Shown here piece by piece: positions 10,412-18,836 of a DNA stretch of 64,000 nucleotides. The notes under the pieces are model-generated. The model was not told the origin of the DNA and did no database searches. It saw nothing but the letters and a program-made list of their open reading frames with translations. This DNA comes from a virus: positions 4,713 through 68,712 of IMG/VR virus record IMGVR_UViG_3300042691_043434; one strand, given 5' to 3'. The position numbers were made by a program, and so were the translations under genes. How positions within the stretch are numbered: the stretch's first letter is position 1; each line of letters begins with the position of its first letter.

Positions 10412-10879
10412 TTACGGGTTAAATGCATACTGCGACCATTCAGGATCATTTGACCTCTGAACGATTTCGATTACTTTTGGTAATGGCGGTCGAGGTTTTT
10501 TACGTAATCGCAAGCCGGCTTGTTCTGGAGTTTTGTGTCCTTTAACCGTATTGCACTTTGAGCAGGCAAGTAGCAAGTTCTCCCAAGAATCTGCTCCTCC
10601 CCGACATCTGGGAATGAGGTGATCAATAGTAAGGTTTCTCGTGCTACCGCAGTATTGGCAAGTCTGATTATCGCGACGATAGATAGCCGCTTTTGTCGGT
10701 TTCTCTTTCGCAGTACGAGATAACGGTAACGGGACATAGTTGTTCAGACGTATTACCCTCCCAGACACCGGCTTCGCTTTTTCCTTGAGAACAAGGACAA
10801 TAGCTCGACGTCCCAAAACGATATTTACCGGAGTGTAATCAAAATTTAACACTAATATGTGTTCAGTCGGTACGTACAC
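10412..10879 (-). CDS. HNH endonuclease (McrA-like family)
   Basis: ILVLNFDY, RDNQTCQYCG, TIDHLIPR..GGADSWENLLLACSKCN..KG. Start uncertain (GTG 10879, or 10921 in the track). Confidence 0.85.
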   Translation of the reverse strand: MYVPTEHILVLNFDYTPVNIVLGRRAIVLVLKEKAKPVSGRVIRLNNYVPLPLSRTAKEKPTKAAIYRRDNQTCQYCGSTRNLTIDHLIPRCRGGADSWENLLLACSKCNTVKGHKTPEQAGLRLRKKPRPPLPKVIEIVQRSNDPEWSQYAFNP

Positions 10880-11042
10880 GTCTTCCTGTGCCTCCGCAAA
10901 ACTTACATTCAAACACAACACTAGACGGTTTTTGTTTTTCCGGGTTACGAGTGTCTATAGAATTCTCTAGTACCACAAAACCCCGCCCGGAACAATACGG
11001 GCAGGGCGTGGGTACATAATCAGGCCAAATGGCTTGTTTCAC
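10863..11042 (-). CDS. Small DnaJ-type zinc-finger protein
   Basis: CPYCSGRG and CKFCGGTG (two CxxCxGxG); GTG start overlaps the dUTPase stop (GTGA). Confidence 0.6.
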   Translation of the reverse strand: MKQAIWPDYVPTPCPYCSGRGFVVLENSIDTRNPEKQKPSSVVFECKFCGGTGRRVRTD

Positions 11043-11674
11043 ACGTTTGTCGAACCAAAACCACCAGTTGACCGACCCGTTACATTGAATACGGTTTCGT
11101 TGGTGGTTGATTGGCTTCCGGTCTGATCGAATACCATCTCGCAAAGGCCTTGGGCGATGCGAGCGCCGTGAGTGAAGACATGGTAGCTATCTCCGTTGTT
11201 TGTCAACGATACTTTCACCCAGTCCTGATAACCGGCGTCAATGATTCCGGGAGAATTCGTAACCGTGATACGGTGTTTATGGGCTAGCCCCGACCTCGGT
11301 ACGATTTTATATACCGGTAGTAAAGAGCTCCATGGGAATGTAAGATTCTTAAGATTCGGCAAGATGACCTTGAATCCACTACTGACCAGTACGGTATCTC
11401 CAGGAGCTAGTAATACCCCACCGCCGCACTGATCGAGAATGTCTAGGAAATCTGACTCCGATTCGGATGTAAATACATCGCCGTCGATATATAGACGGGT
11501 GCCGTGGCGTAGCGTGTCTGATTCAAAATCTCGATAAAAATCGATAGCCACGTCTTTATCGTAGTCATTCCGAACATGGGCACGGATGTCCGCGCCTGCG
11601 TCTTCGTGTGGATGAGCGACTTTAGGGACAAAGGACTCGTCTCCGGGGCGGACGTAGAAAATCGGGGCGATCAC
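11039..11674 (-). CDS. dut: Trimeric dUTPase
   Basis: All five motifs: AGADIRA, PRSGLA, GIIDAGY, RIAQ, RSTGGFGST. Confidence 0.9.
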   Translation of the reverse strand: MIAPIFYVRPGDESFVPKVAHPHEDAGADIRAHVRNDYDKDVAIDFYRDFESDTLRHGTRLYIDGDVFTSESESDFLDILDQCGGGVLLAPGDTVLVSSGFKVILPNLKNLTFPWSSLLPVYKIVPRSGLAHKHRITVTNSPGIIDAGYQDWVKVSLTNNGDSYHVFTHGARIAQGLCEMVFDQTGSQSTTNETVFNVTGRSTGGFGSTNV

Positions 11675-11697
11675 AGCGGTAGTGGAGTTACGTCGTT

Positions 11698-11708
11698 AGT
11701 ATAACACA
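11698..11708 (-). promoter_or_regulatory. Host sigma70-type extended -10 promoter
   Basis: TGTGTTATACT upstream of dut. Confidence 0.55.
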
Positions 11709-11713
11709 GACGA

Positions 11714-14700
11714 TCAGCCTTGGCACGCCAAGCATTCACCGTATTGCTCTTCGGCTTCACCAAGAAGTTTTGCGAGTCCCTCGTAACCACCATCGATGTG
11801 TTTGCCGTTCAGCCAAATCTGAGGTACAGTGGTATACGGCCAATCGGAGTCGGTGATGGCGCTGCGGTCCATTTCCTGAATGACGTAGCCGTTAGCGGAT
11901 AGTAGTTCTTTCGCTTTAACGCACCATGGGCAGTCGGGCTTAGTAACGACTAATGCGGCGTTATTGGATTGTTGCGATTTGGACTGCACCTTCTTGACTT
12001 GCAAAGAACTCGATTTGAGGTAGTACAGGCTCTTGACTCCTGCCTTCCACGCACTTAGGTGAAGCCTCATTAGGTAATCGGCTGGCGCTTCGGGGTCGAC
12101 AAATAGGTTGAGTGACTGCCCTTGGCACACATGTACTTGGCGATCCGCCGCCTGTTTGACCAACTCGAACTGGTCGATCTCCCGGGCGGTCTTAAAGACG
12201 TCTTTGGCATGCGGGCTCAGGAAGTCAAGGTGTTGTACGGAGCCGCGTTCATCTAAGATCGAGTCCCAGACATCCTGGGTGTTGTGGTTAATAGCCTCCA
12301 GATGCTTTTCAAGGTACGAGTTTCTACGGACAAACGTACCCTTCGCGTTGCTGGCCACAAACAGATTCGCGGTAAGCGGCTCGATACCTTCGGACACAGC
12401 GCCGCAGATCACGGAATTGGTCTTGGTTGGAGCAATGGCGATACGGGTCGCGTGCCTTACCCCATTGCCCTCGCACCATTCCGGTTCACCGTATTCTCTC
12501 GCCATGTCCTGTGACGCCTTCAGGGTCATGTCATCAATCCAGCCGTGGACCTCGATGTTTAAAGTTCTAGCAGCACGAGAAGCGAATGGAAGGCCGCGTG
12601 ACTGATAAAGGGCATGAAGACCCATAGTGCCAAGTCCGAGAGAACGAGATTTCTTCGCAAACCTAATAGCACGACCCATAGACGGAATGCGCTCCGCTTT
12701 ATGGATGAACTCAGTAACTACAGCGTCGAGAAAGTAAACTCCCAACTCCGGAACAGTTTTTCCCGTTACAGATCCTTTCCAGGTTTTCCACTCATCGTAC
12801 TTAGCCAGATTCAACGAACTTAGAACACAAACGAAGGTATGGTTTTCGTCGGAGGGTAGAAAAATTTCCGAGCACAGGTTCGAAAATTTAATTTCTAAGT
12901 TTCTTTCAGTAAAACAAGCTGGTCTCTGAGTGTTAGCATTGTCAATGTATATAATATAAGGAGAACCAGAGATCATGCGGCACTTTAGTACTTCAGAGAA
13001 AATTTCTTGCTTATGACAATCACCGGATAACATCGACTCAATCCACTCATCAGTGATTGTAACTGCCAAGTTCGAATCGATAAACTGACGTGGATCACCC
13101 TGGCTATGGTCCTTCGCCCTCAACGCATCCATCAGGTCGGGATGATCGATGGGGATGTAGAATGCAAATGATCCGCGTCGTGTATTGCCTTGAGATACAG
13201 TCGCTGCAGTACGATCATATAGACGCATCCAATCTACAATCGAACCGGATTTGCCCCCGCCACGGATTGGAGATCCGCTTGGACGCAGCTCACCAAAATA
13301 GCTACCGACACCACCACCATTCTTACTAAGGGCGGCTACTTCTTTCAGGTGGCTGAAGATACTGTTGGTGTCATCGGAGATTGAGTGGCTGTAGCAATTG
13401 TGTACAACAACTCCTTGGGCCACAAAGCTGTGGTCATCAGCTACTTCAATGTCCCACACAGTGGTTTCACGATCTTGCTTTTCAAGTTTAAATGACCGAG
13501 ATAGTCCATATCCGGCAGGGCTACTTTTGGGCAAAATTACCCAGAAACAACCGTGATCTTCGTAGTTTAAGTCTTTCTCTTCGTTCCTATTCTTATGGTA
13601 TGTGGCAATATTACGAGCTAGAGAGGGAAACCTGCCAAGCAGGTGAGCCATATACCAAAGTTGATAGGCGAGCTTTTCGTTAGCTATACCTATAGTGACA
13701 ATCTCCCCGTTGTATTTTAGGGAGCCATCTCCAATAATGAAGCCGTCCAGAAATGCTTTCAAGGTTTCATCAGGTTGCTCAAAAAACCAGCCCGGGATAG
13801 TCTTTACTTTACAACCCTTACCAAACTCTTCATCAAAGAAAGACTGAAGATATTTGTTATGGATTTTTGCATGAGCATGCTCGTGACCCCTATTATTAGA
13901 GTAGATATCTTTAGTGCCCTTTAGGCCAAATTTATCTTCAGCTATTTTAAGCCAACGGTCAAGGTGTTCCTCTTCGTCCCAACCCATAGAAATTCCAATG
14001 GTGCCCCTGTCTGTAGTATGGCCTTCAGCAAACCATAATCCAAGCCACCAAGCCAGATCAAGATCAAGATAGCAGTTAGGGATTTCTTTTCCCTTAAAGC
14101 AGCCAGATCCCTTACAAAGCTGGGATGAACCCTTATTGTATCTTTGACTCCCAATTTTAAATTCAAAAACCTTTCTACGGTCTCTCCTGCGAAATACACT
14201 GGTGATAGGTTCAATGACAATTTGATGAGACTTAGGGTTTAAATCCTCGACTTTAACCCAACCTTCACTGGTTAAGATTGGATGGTTTCCGGTTACGTTT
14301 AAGTTATAACGTCCACGGTTGCTAACTGACAGTCGATAAAGATCTCCAGTTGTCTGACGAGACCATTTGTTAAGAACGGGCTTCCAATTTCCGAGATGAG
14401 TTAACACGAGATCGCCAACTTCCAGATCCTGAATTTCCTTGAAACCATTGGGAGTGTGGATACGGGTACCAGTCTCCAAGCAACTGACAGGAAGTCCTCT
14501 GTTCGTGCCGAAGTTACTTAGAACTGGTGTCGCACCACCAAAATATCCACGCCAAAACATCTCCATAATGTCTACTCCAATGCCGGGGAAGTTCAGGTGC
14601 TTTTCTGCGGCCATCGCGCATCGCTTCCACATGTCACGCGGAGTCTCACCAGGCATTAGGTACCCTTTGCTCAGTGTCTGCTGCGCCTCTTCATTTAGCC

Positions 14701-14764
14701 ATTCCGGCTTGGTTGGCAGATTGTTGATGTCGAAAATTTCCATGTTAATAGTGTTAGGGCGCAA
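11714..14764 (-). CDS. nrdA: Class I ribonucleotide reductase alpha subunit with intein and C-terminal glutaredoxin domain
   Basis: TPVLSN, KNGGGVG, SNLCSEI, VCVLSSLNL, AIAPT, QGQSLN and KSLYY motifs; Grx CPWC...TVPQIW...GGY; terminal CLACQG. Start may be ATG 14743. Confidence 0.95.
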   Translation of the reverse strand: MRPNTINMEIFDINNLPTKPEWLNEEAQQTLSKGYLMPGETPRDMWKRCAMAAEKHLNFPGIGVDIMEMFWRGYFGGATPVLSNFGTNRGLPVSCLETGTRIHTPNGFKEIQDLEVGDLVLTHLGNWKPVLNKWSRQTTGDLYRLSVSNRGRYNLNVTGNHPILTSEGWVKVEDLNPKSHQIVIEPITSVFRRRDRRKVFEFKIGSQRYNKGSSQLCKGSGCFKGKEIPNCYLDLDLAWWLGLWFAEGHTTDRGTIGISMGWDEEEHLDRWLKIAEDKFGLKGTKDIYSNNRGHEHAHAKIHNKYLQSFFDEEFGKGCKVKTIPGWFFEQPDETLKAFLDGFIIGDGSLKYNGEIVTIGIANEKLAYQLWYMAHLLGRFPSLARNIATYHKNRNEEKDLNYEDHGCFWVILPKSSPAGYGLSRSFKLEKQDRETTVWDIEVADDHSFVAQGVVVHNCYSHSISDDTNSIFSHLKEVAALSKNGGGVGSYFGELRPSGSPIRGGGKSGSIVDWMRLYDRTAATVSQGNTRRGSFAFYIPIDHPDLMDALRAKDHSQGDPRQFIDSNLAVTITDEWIESMLSGDCHKQEIFSEVLKCRMISGSPYIIYIDNANTQRPACFTERNLEIKFSNLCSEIFLPSDENHTFVCVLSSLNLAKYDEWKTWKGSVTGKTVPELGVYFLDAVVTEFIHKAERIPSMGRAIRFAKKSRSLGLGTMGLHALYQSRGLPFASRAARTLNIEVHGWIDDMTLKASQDMAREYGEPEWCEGNGVRHATRIAIAPTKTNSVICGAVSEGIEPLTANLFVASNAKGTFVRRNSYLEKHLEAINHNTQDVWDSILDERGSVQHLDFLSPHAKDVFKTAREIDQFELVKQAADRQVHVCQGQSLNLFVDPEAPADYLMRLHLSAWKAGVKSLYYLKSSSLQVKKVQSKSQQSNNAALVVTKPDCPWCVKAKELLSANGYVIQEMDRSAITDSDWPYTTVPQIWLNGKHIDGGYEGLAKLLGEAEEQYGECLACQG
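13397..14482 (-). mobile_element. Intein with LAGLIDADG homing endonuclease (362 aa) in nrdA
   Basis: S|CLETGTRIHTPNG ... VWDIEVADDHSFVAQGVVVHN|C splice junctions; WWLGLWFAEG and AFLDGFIIGDG motifs; more AT-rich than the flanks. Confidence 0.92.
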
Positions 14765-14813
14765 AATTCCATCCGTCCTTTAGACGGTTTGGTGTGTTAA
14801 AGGTATGTAAGTA

Positions 14814-14819
14814 ATTATA
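14814..14819 (-). promoter_or_regulatory. Sigma70-type -10 box upstream of nrdA
   Basis: TATAAT in the intergenic gap. Confidence 0.45.
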
Positions 14820-14847
14820 CCCCTTTATCAGGTCGGATGCGGGCGTA

Positions 14848-15345
14848 TCATCCGTTTTTCTTCCACTCTGCTCCGGAGTCCATCAGGCCGTCGTTCCAGG
14901 CGTCTTCGACGTTCCGGCTCCGATCACACCAATACAAGTTGGAAAGCCTGTTGTCCGGCTTGCCGTCGGTCCCTGTCGGTTTTTTGTGACACACAACAAT
15001 GTGTTCGCCGGATGGTTTTTCAGGGCCGAAGAGCGACATCACAGCCTGATGTAAAAACGGTTCTTCTCGGTATGGAGTTCCGTTACGTTCCCAGGTCAGA
15101 TTGACTCGGAATTTGCCACGGTCATCTGATCGTGGTTTACGATATTTAACTGTACCATTATCGTAGATTCGTCTTACCCTACCCATATCACTCACCTGAT
15201 AAGGAGAATCCTTCCACGCTTTCCACTGCTCGCGCTTCTCGTCGTTTTGGTCAAGTTGAGGGATTTCCTCAAACGACTCGGCGTCATCGACCTCGTTACC
15301 CTTGTTAACGCTCCACCCGTCCGGTACGTTGATATTGATGTCCAT
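14848..15345 (-). CDS. NUMOD4/HNH-type free-standing homing endonuclease
   Basis: EQWK...YQVSDMGRVR (NUMOD4-like) and LHQAVMSLFG...VVCH...DNRLSNLYWCDRSRN (HNH). Confidence 0.8.
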   Translation of the reverse strand: MDININVPDGWSVNKGNEVDDAESFEEIPQLDQNDEKREQWKAWKDSPYQVSDMGRVRRIYDNGTVKYRKPRSDDRGKFRVNLTWERNGTPYREEPFLHQAVMSLFGPEKPSGEHIVVCHKKPTGTDGKPDNRLSNLYWCDRSRNVEDAWNDGLMDSGAEWKKNG

Positions 15346-15350
15346 AACGT

Positions 15351-15518
15351 CTAAATGTCCCACGCATCGATGGGGGCGCGAGCGTAACGTTCTTGGTTTA
15401 CACGCCGTTTATGAGCTAACTCCAGTAATCGATCGGCTTTACCGGCTTCAGTAATCAAACACACTGTACCGTATTCACGCTTCATGTAGTCTGAGTCTTT
15501 GTCAACTTTTTTCGTCAT
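15351..15518 (-). CDS. Small hypothetical protein (55 aa, MTKKVDKDSDYMKREYG...)
   Basis: Translated by hand; fills the gap between neighbours and is below the track size cut-off. Confidence 0.55.
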   Translation of the reverse strand: MTKKVDKDSDYMKREYGTVCLITEAGKADRLLELAHKRRVNQERYARAPIDAWDI

Positions 15519-15669
15519 GGTCTTTTTCGTATTGAAGTTGAGAAAAGTGATAAGTCGACCAGGCTAGTTCCGGGTCGTTAAAGGTTCGAATCCCGCGTTC
15601 CGTTTGAACAATCCAGGGGCCATTCGGCTCTTGACGGTATGGCTTAGGATAAGGATACGCGGGAGACAT
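15502..15669 (-). CDS. Small hypothetical protein (MSPAYPYPKPYRQEPNGPW...)
   Basis: ATG just downstream of the nrdB stop. Confidence 0.55.
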   Translation of the reverse strand: MSPAYPYPKPYRQEPNGPWIVQTERGIRTFNDPELAWSTYHFSQLQYEKDHDEKS

Positions 15670-15674
15670 GGTAT

Positions 15675-16676
15675 CTATACTAGTGTAAGATCGAGGGCGG
15701 AGAGGTCGACTGACATCCAATCTTGGCTTGGTTTTGAAATATATGCCGAACCATCCTTCGCTTGCGAGAAAAAGTCGGAATTAGTCTGACCCCGTACCAT
15801 TGGGTCGAACCAGGAGGAAATGTTGGCAGCGAGTAAGCACTCGTTGTCAGTCATAGGCACGGTTAGATCGAGTCCTAAGGCGGCTAGACGGTTATTTGCT
15901 CGGAGCTTGATGTAAGCTTTGAGGTCATCGAGAGCGATGGGAATAGCCGAATTGTCAATCTTGCTGAAGATATTCTCTAGAAAGCTGTATTCGTTTTCGA
16001 TAACAGTATAGAATCCGGCGAGAATCTCTTCGATTTCGTCGTTGGTGATACCGGTTTCTTTAACAAGTTCTTTAAAAAGTTCGCAACCGCCATTGCTATG
16101 TTGTCCTTCGTCGTTTTGGCTCCACGAGATAATTTGTGCCAAGCCTTTCATACGACCGGTTTTATTAAACGCAAGCAGCAGAGCGAATGATGCGAACAAA
16201 CTCACACCCTCACCCGCCCCACTAAATACAGCTAACGAGACTTTTTCCGAACTACACTCTGTAAAGAAACGTTCGACTTTTTGCTGTGCGGCTGGGTCGG
16301 ACAGAAACGCTTCGAATTCGTTAATGCCCAGAGTATCGGATAAGTGATTGTACGCCTGAGCATGAATCTGCTCGAAGAAGCTGAAGGCGCGAGCCATAGC
16401 CAGGACTTCTGGCTTTGGAAACTTCCGGCATACCACATCGCCCCAATACTCAGAGATGCCCATCTCCATGACCGTGAACCCCCTAAGCACCCCCGCAATG
16501 AGGTCACGCTCACTCCGGGTAAGGTTTTGTTGCCAGTCAACGACATCAGATCCCATGGCAACTTCTTCCGGGCGCCAGACTGACGCCACAGCCTTCTTGT
16601 AGTATTCGAAGAATTCCGGGTAATCAAATCCACTGGCCTTTTTGTAGACCATTGGGGTATGGGACAGAATCGACAT
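15675..16676 (-). CDS. nrdB: Class I ribonucleotide reductase beta subunit
   Basis: WRPEEV, FTVME, EQIHAQAY, EGVSLFASF, DEGQH and SDFF motifs. Confidence 0.93.
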   Translation of the reverse strand: MSILSHTPMVYKKASGFDYPEFFEYYKKAVASVWRPEEVAMGSDVVDWQQNLTRSERDLIAGVLRGFTVMEMGISEYWGDVVCRKFPKPEVLAMARAFSFFEQIHAQAYNHLSDTLGINEFEAFLSDPAAQQKVERFFTECSSEKVSLAVFSGAGEGVSLFASFALLLAFNKTGRMKGLAQIISWSQNDEGQHSNGGCELFKELVKETGITNDEIEEILAGFYTVIENEYSFLENIFSKIDNSAIPIALDDLKAYIKLRANNRLAALGLDLTVPMTDNECLLAANISSWFDPMVRGQTNSDFFSQAKDGSAYISKPSQDWMSVDLSALDLTLV

Positions 16677-16701
16677 GATGACAGGGGGTCGTTAGTGTAT
16701 A

Positions 16702-16887
16702 CTAGCAGATTTTCTGACCAATAGCACACTGGTCGTAAGCCCGGTACGCGTGCCCCCGATAGGACATCCAGCGGGTCGCATCGCAATGGATCCAGTTCCA
16801 CCACCGGAGGTGGTCCGCCTTGTGCTGGTCGGTGTCGTACCTGACGCCACGGTACGTGGCGATGTGTTCATGCTCAGTCGTAGACAT
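16702..16887 (-). CDS. DUF4278-like small protein (cyanobacterial/cyanophage family)
   Basis: Repeated ATYRGVRYD / MSYRGHAY motif; likely start ATG 16887. Confidence 0.65.
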   Translation of the reverse strand: MSTTEHEHIATYRGVRYDTDQHKADHLRWWNWIHCDATRWMSYRGHAYRAYDQCAIGQKIC

Positions 16888-17425
16888 TGGAAAGTGCTGG
16901 GGTTTCGGGGTAGCGTTCACGCAGTTGAGCGAGGGCGGAATCGGGCAAGGAGGCGGACAGGGCTCGGAAAATATCTCCAACCGCGCTGGTACGGTCCGGC
17001 TTCATCCCTGATTTGTACTGCTTGCCTTCTTTGAAATTAGGTACAACTCCGTAGTACTTTTCAGATTTGATGTCCTGTACTACGTAGTATTTACGCCCTT
17101 GTGCCATGCCATCTTCGGTGACGACGTGACCGACGGGAAGATCGATGGTACCGGTATCGCCCGGATCCTTGTCACCGGCCTCTGGCCGGTAATCGTCCGT
17201 GCCACCGTACGAACCTTGGCCACCGTTCACTTTCGCCGGTCCGCGACTACTATCTGCCGCTACAGATTCGGAGTGATATTCATCTTCTCCACCGGCCGAA
17301 CCCGTAGGGTTCGGGGGAATATCATTTGGACCCGTGCCAAATTTCGCCTCGCCGAAGGAATAGGTGACCTCGTCAGGGCTAGGGGCCGTCCACCCATATG
17401 GGGGTTGGAAGTTGTTATCGGTCAT
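16874..17425 (-). CDS. Hypothetical acidic Gly/Pro-rich protein, probably late-expressed
   Basis: 183-aa ORF preceded by a terminator and then the GTTGAAAGC motif. Confidence 0.7.
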   Translation of the reverse strand: MTDNNFQPPYGWTAPSPDEVTYSFGEAKFGTGPNDIPPNPTGSAGGEDEYHSESVAADSSRGPAKVNGGQGSYGGTDDYRPEAGDKDPGDTGTIDLPVGHVVTEDGMAQGRKYYVVQDIKSEKYYGVVPNFKEGKQYKSGMKPDRTSAVGDIFRALSASLPDSALAQLRERYPETPALSNVYD

Positions 17426-17445
17426 GAACTCTTATCTTCTGTATA

Positions 17446-17454
17446 GCTTTCAAC
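17446..17454 (-). promoter_or_regulatory. Putative phage late promoter motif
   Basis: CGTTGAAAGC TATA CAG, 20 nt before ATG 17425. Confidence 0.7.
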
Positions 17455-17457
17455 GTG

Positions 17458-17488
17458 AAAAAGGCGGAGAGATCCGCATCCCTCCGCC
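17458..17488 (-). terminator. Rho-independent terminator after the SSB-like gene
   Basis: GGCGGAGGGAT-GCGG-ATCTCTCCGCC hairpin followed by TTTTT. Confidence 0.8.
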
Positions 17489-17519
17489 CGTCAGTTTATT
17501 AACTGATCGAAGAAGCCGA

Positions 17520-18473
17520 TCAGAAGTTCAGATCCAGAGCATCATCGCTGATTTCTTCCTGTGCGGAAAGGATCATTGAGCAGCGGATGCGAACTTTACC
17601 ATCCTGCATCACCGTCTTATCCTTGATGTGGATAGTCGCGGGTTTCTCGGCCGAAACCTCGGGCTGGGTAGCCAGAAGCGGACGGAGAGACGCATGAGCC
17701 CAGCACTCGGCGGTTTCACCGGGAACGGGATAGTCAGCCAAAATGATACGGTACGACGCACCGTATTGGGTGTTAACTCCGCGGTAGCTTACCACCGTGT
17801 AGCTCTCACCCTCTTCCAGATCACGAAAATCGATATCGTGGTCGGCGTTTTGGCGGCTACCAGTTCCTTTGGGGGTTGCTTCTTGAACTTGGGAGAGGAT
17901 ATCCTCTTCCTTGTTCTTTTTCATCAATGCGTTGAGAGCCTTGATTTCGGGGGGATTTTGCCAATCGACAAAACGTACGGCGATGGGGAGAACGACCTGC
18001 CCAGATCCGTCTTCTTCATCTACCGATACCATCAGCGCTGCGTCGTTGCCACGACCACTGAAATTGAATTCGGCAAACTCAGACTCGAGAGACACGGGTT
18101 GACCGTTGATATCAACAGTTACACCCTCTTTCCCGAGAGAAACCGGGATGTAACGGTTACCCCACTGGATGTAGGCGCGACCGGATTCGGTACCCTCCAC
18201 ATTGTCCGCACCGACCTTCAGGATCGGACCGAAGAGACGATTGTAAACGCCGTCTTCCGCCTTGATAAGGAAAGTGTTTTCTTCGAGCGGCAGCTCTTCG
18301 CCAGTCAGGGCGAGAAACACTTTATCAAGATCGCGCCGCATTGCTTTTGGCAGGTTGGCGTTAGGAAGAGAGGTATATGCTCCCGTATACTCACGACCTG
18401 CCAGAGGTGCGAGATCTGGAGATCCGGTTCCTACTTGGATTGTCTTGACTGTAAACGCTGTAGTTGTTGCCAT
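17520..18473 (-). CDS. Putative single-stranded DNA-binding / recombination protein
   Basis: Beta-rich, acidic protein ending ...EEISDDALDLNF (SSB-like acidic tail with terminal Phe); has its own promoter and terminator. Function is inferred. Confidence 0.45.
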   Translation of the reverse strand: MATTTAFTVKTIQVGTGSPDLAPLAGREYTGAYTSLPNANLPKAMRRDLDKVFLALTGEELPLEENTFLIKAEDGVYNRLFGPILKVGADNVEGTESGRAYIQWGNRYIPVSLGKEGVTVDINGQPVSLESEFAEFNFSGRGNDAALMVSVDEEDGSGQVVLPIAVRFVDWQNPPEIKALNALMKKNKEEDILSQVQEATPKGTGSRQNADHDIDFRDLEEGESYTVVSYRGVNTQYGASYRIILADYPVPGETAECWAHASLRPLLATQPEVSAEKPATIHIKDKTVMQDGKVRIRCSMILSAQEEISDDALDLNF

Positions 18474-18523
18474 TGGGTTAGTTCTCACTAGATATGGTCG
18501 GCTCAGGAGTGGCCGACAAGAGA

Positions 18524-18532
18524 ACTATAGCA
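18524..18532 (-). promoter_or_regulatory. Host sigma70-type extended -10 promoter
   Basis: TGCTATAGT, followed by a small leader hairpin at 18497-18517. Confidence 0.5.
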
Positions 18533-18556
18533 TGGGATGGAGGGGAGTGCGTGGTT

Positions 18557-18835
18557 TTACTTTTTCTTAAGACTTACCAGGTATGCTTGCGCCTCAATCC
18601 TAATTCTGTACAGTTGGGTCGAGAACGGGTTGAGGGGGCAGAGAGGAGGGATATACAGCACCAGCACACCCCAAACCCTGTACTCCCTCTCAAACGGGCA
18701 CTTGGCCGGGATAGCCCGGACCCAACGTTCCGCGAGTTCAGGGGTCCATTTGCGAGGTTCGAGCCACGGCAAATTCCATTTCGGTAGCGATGCGGTGAAA
18801 ATTCCCCACCACCGAGGCGGTCGTGTCCGTGTCAT
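18557..18835 (-). CDS. Mo-dependent nitrogenase C-terminal-domain-like protein (Mo-nitro_C family)
   Basis: IPAKCPFER...LYIPPLCPLNPF..QL..IR..A..YL signature. Confidence 0.75.
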   Translation of the reverse strand: MTRTRPPRWWGIFTASLPKWNLPWLEPRKWTPELAERWVRAIPAKCPFEREYRVWGVLVLYIPPLCPLNPFSTQLYRIRIEAQAYLVSLKKK

Positions 18836-18836
18836 G

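Noticed and set aside
17628-18491. 287-aa plus-strand ORF (likewise 5494-6156, 9530-10147 and 31247-32002)
   Set aside because: They lie antisense to better-supported genes and have no recognisable motifs.
18557-18835. Nitrogen fixation gene
   Set aside because: The family name is historical; no nifHDK or cofactor genes are present.
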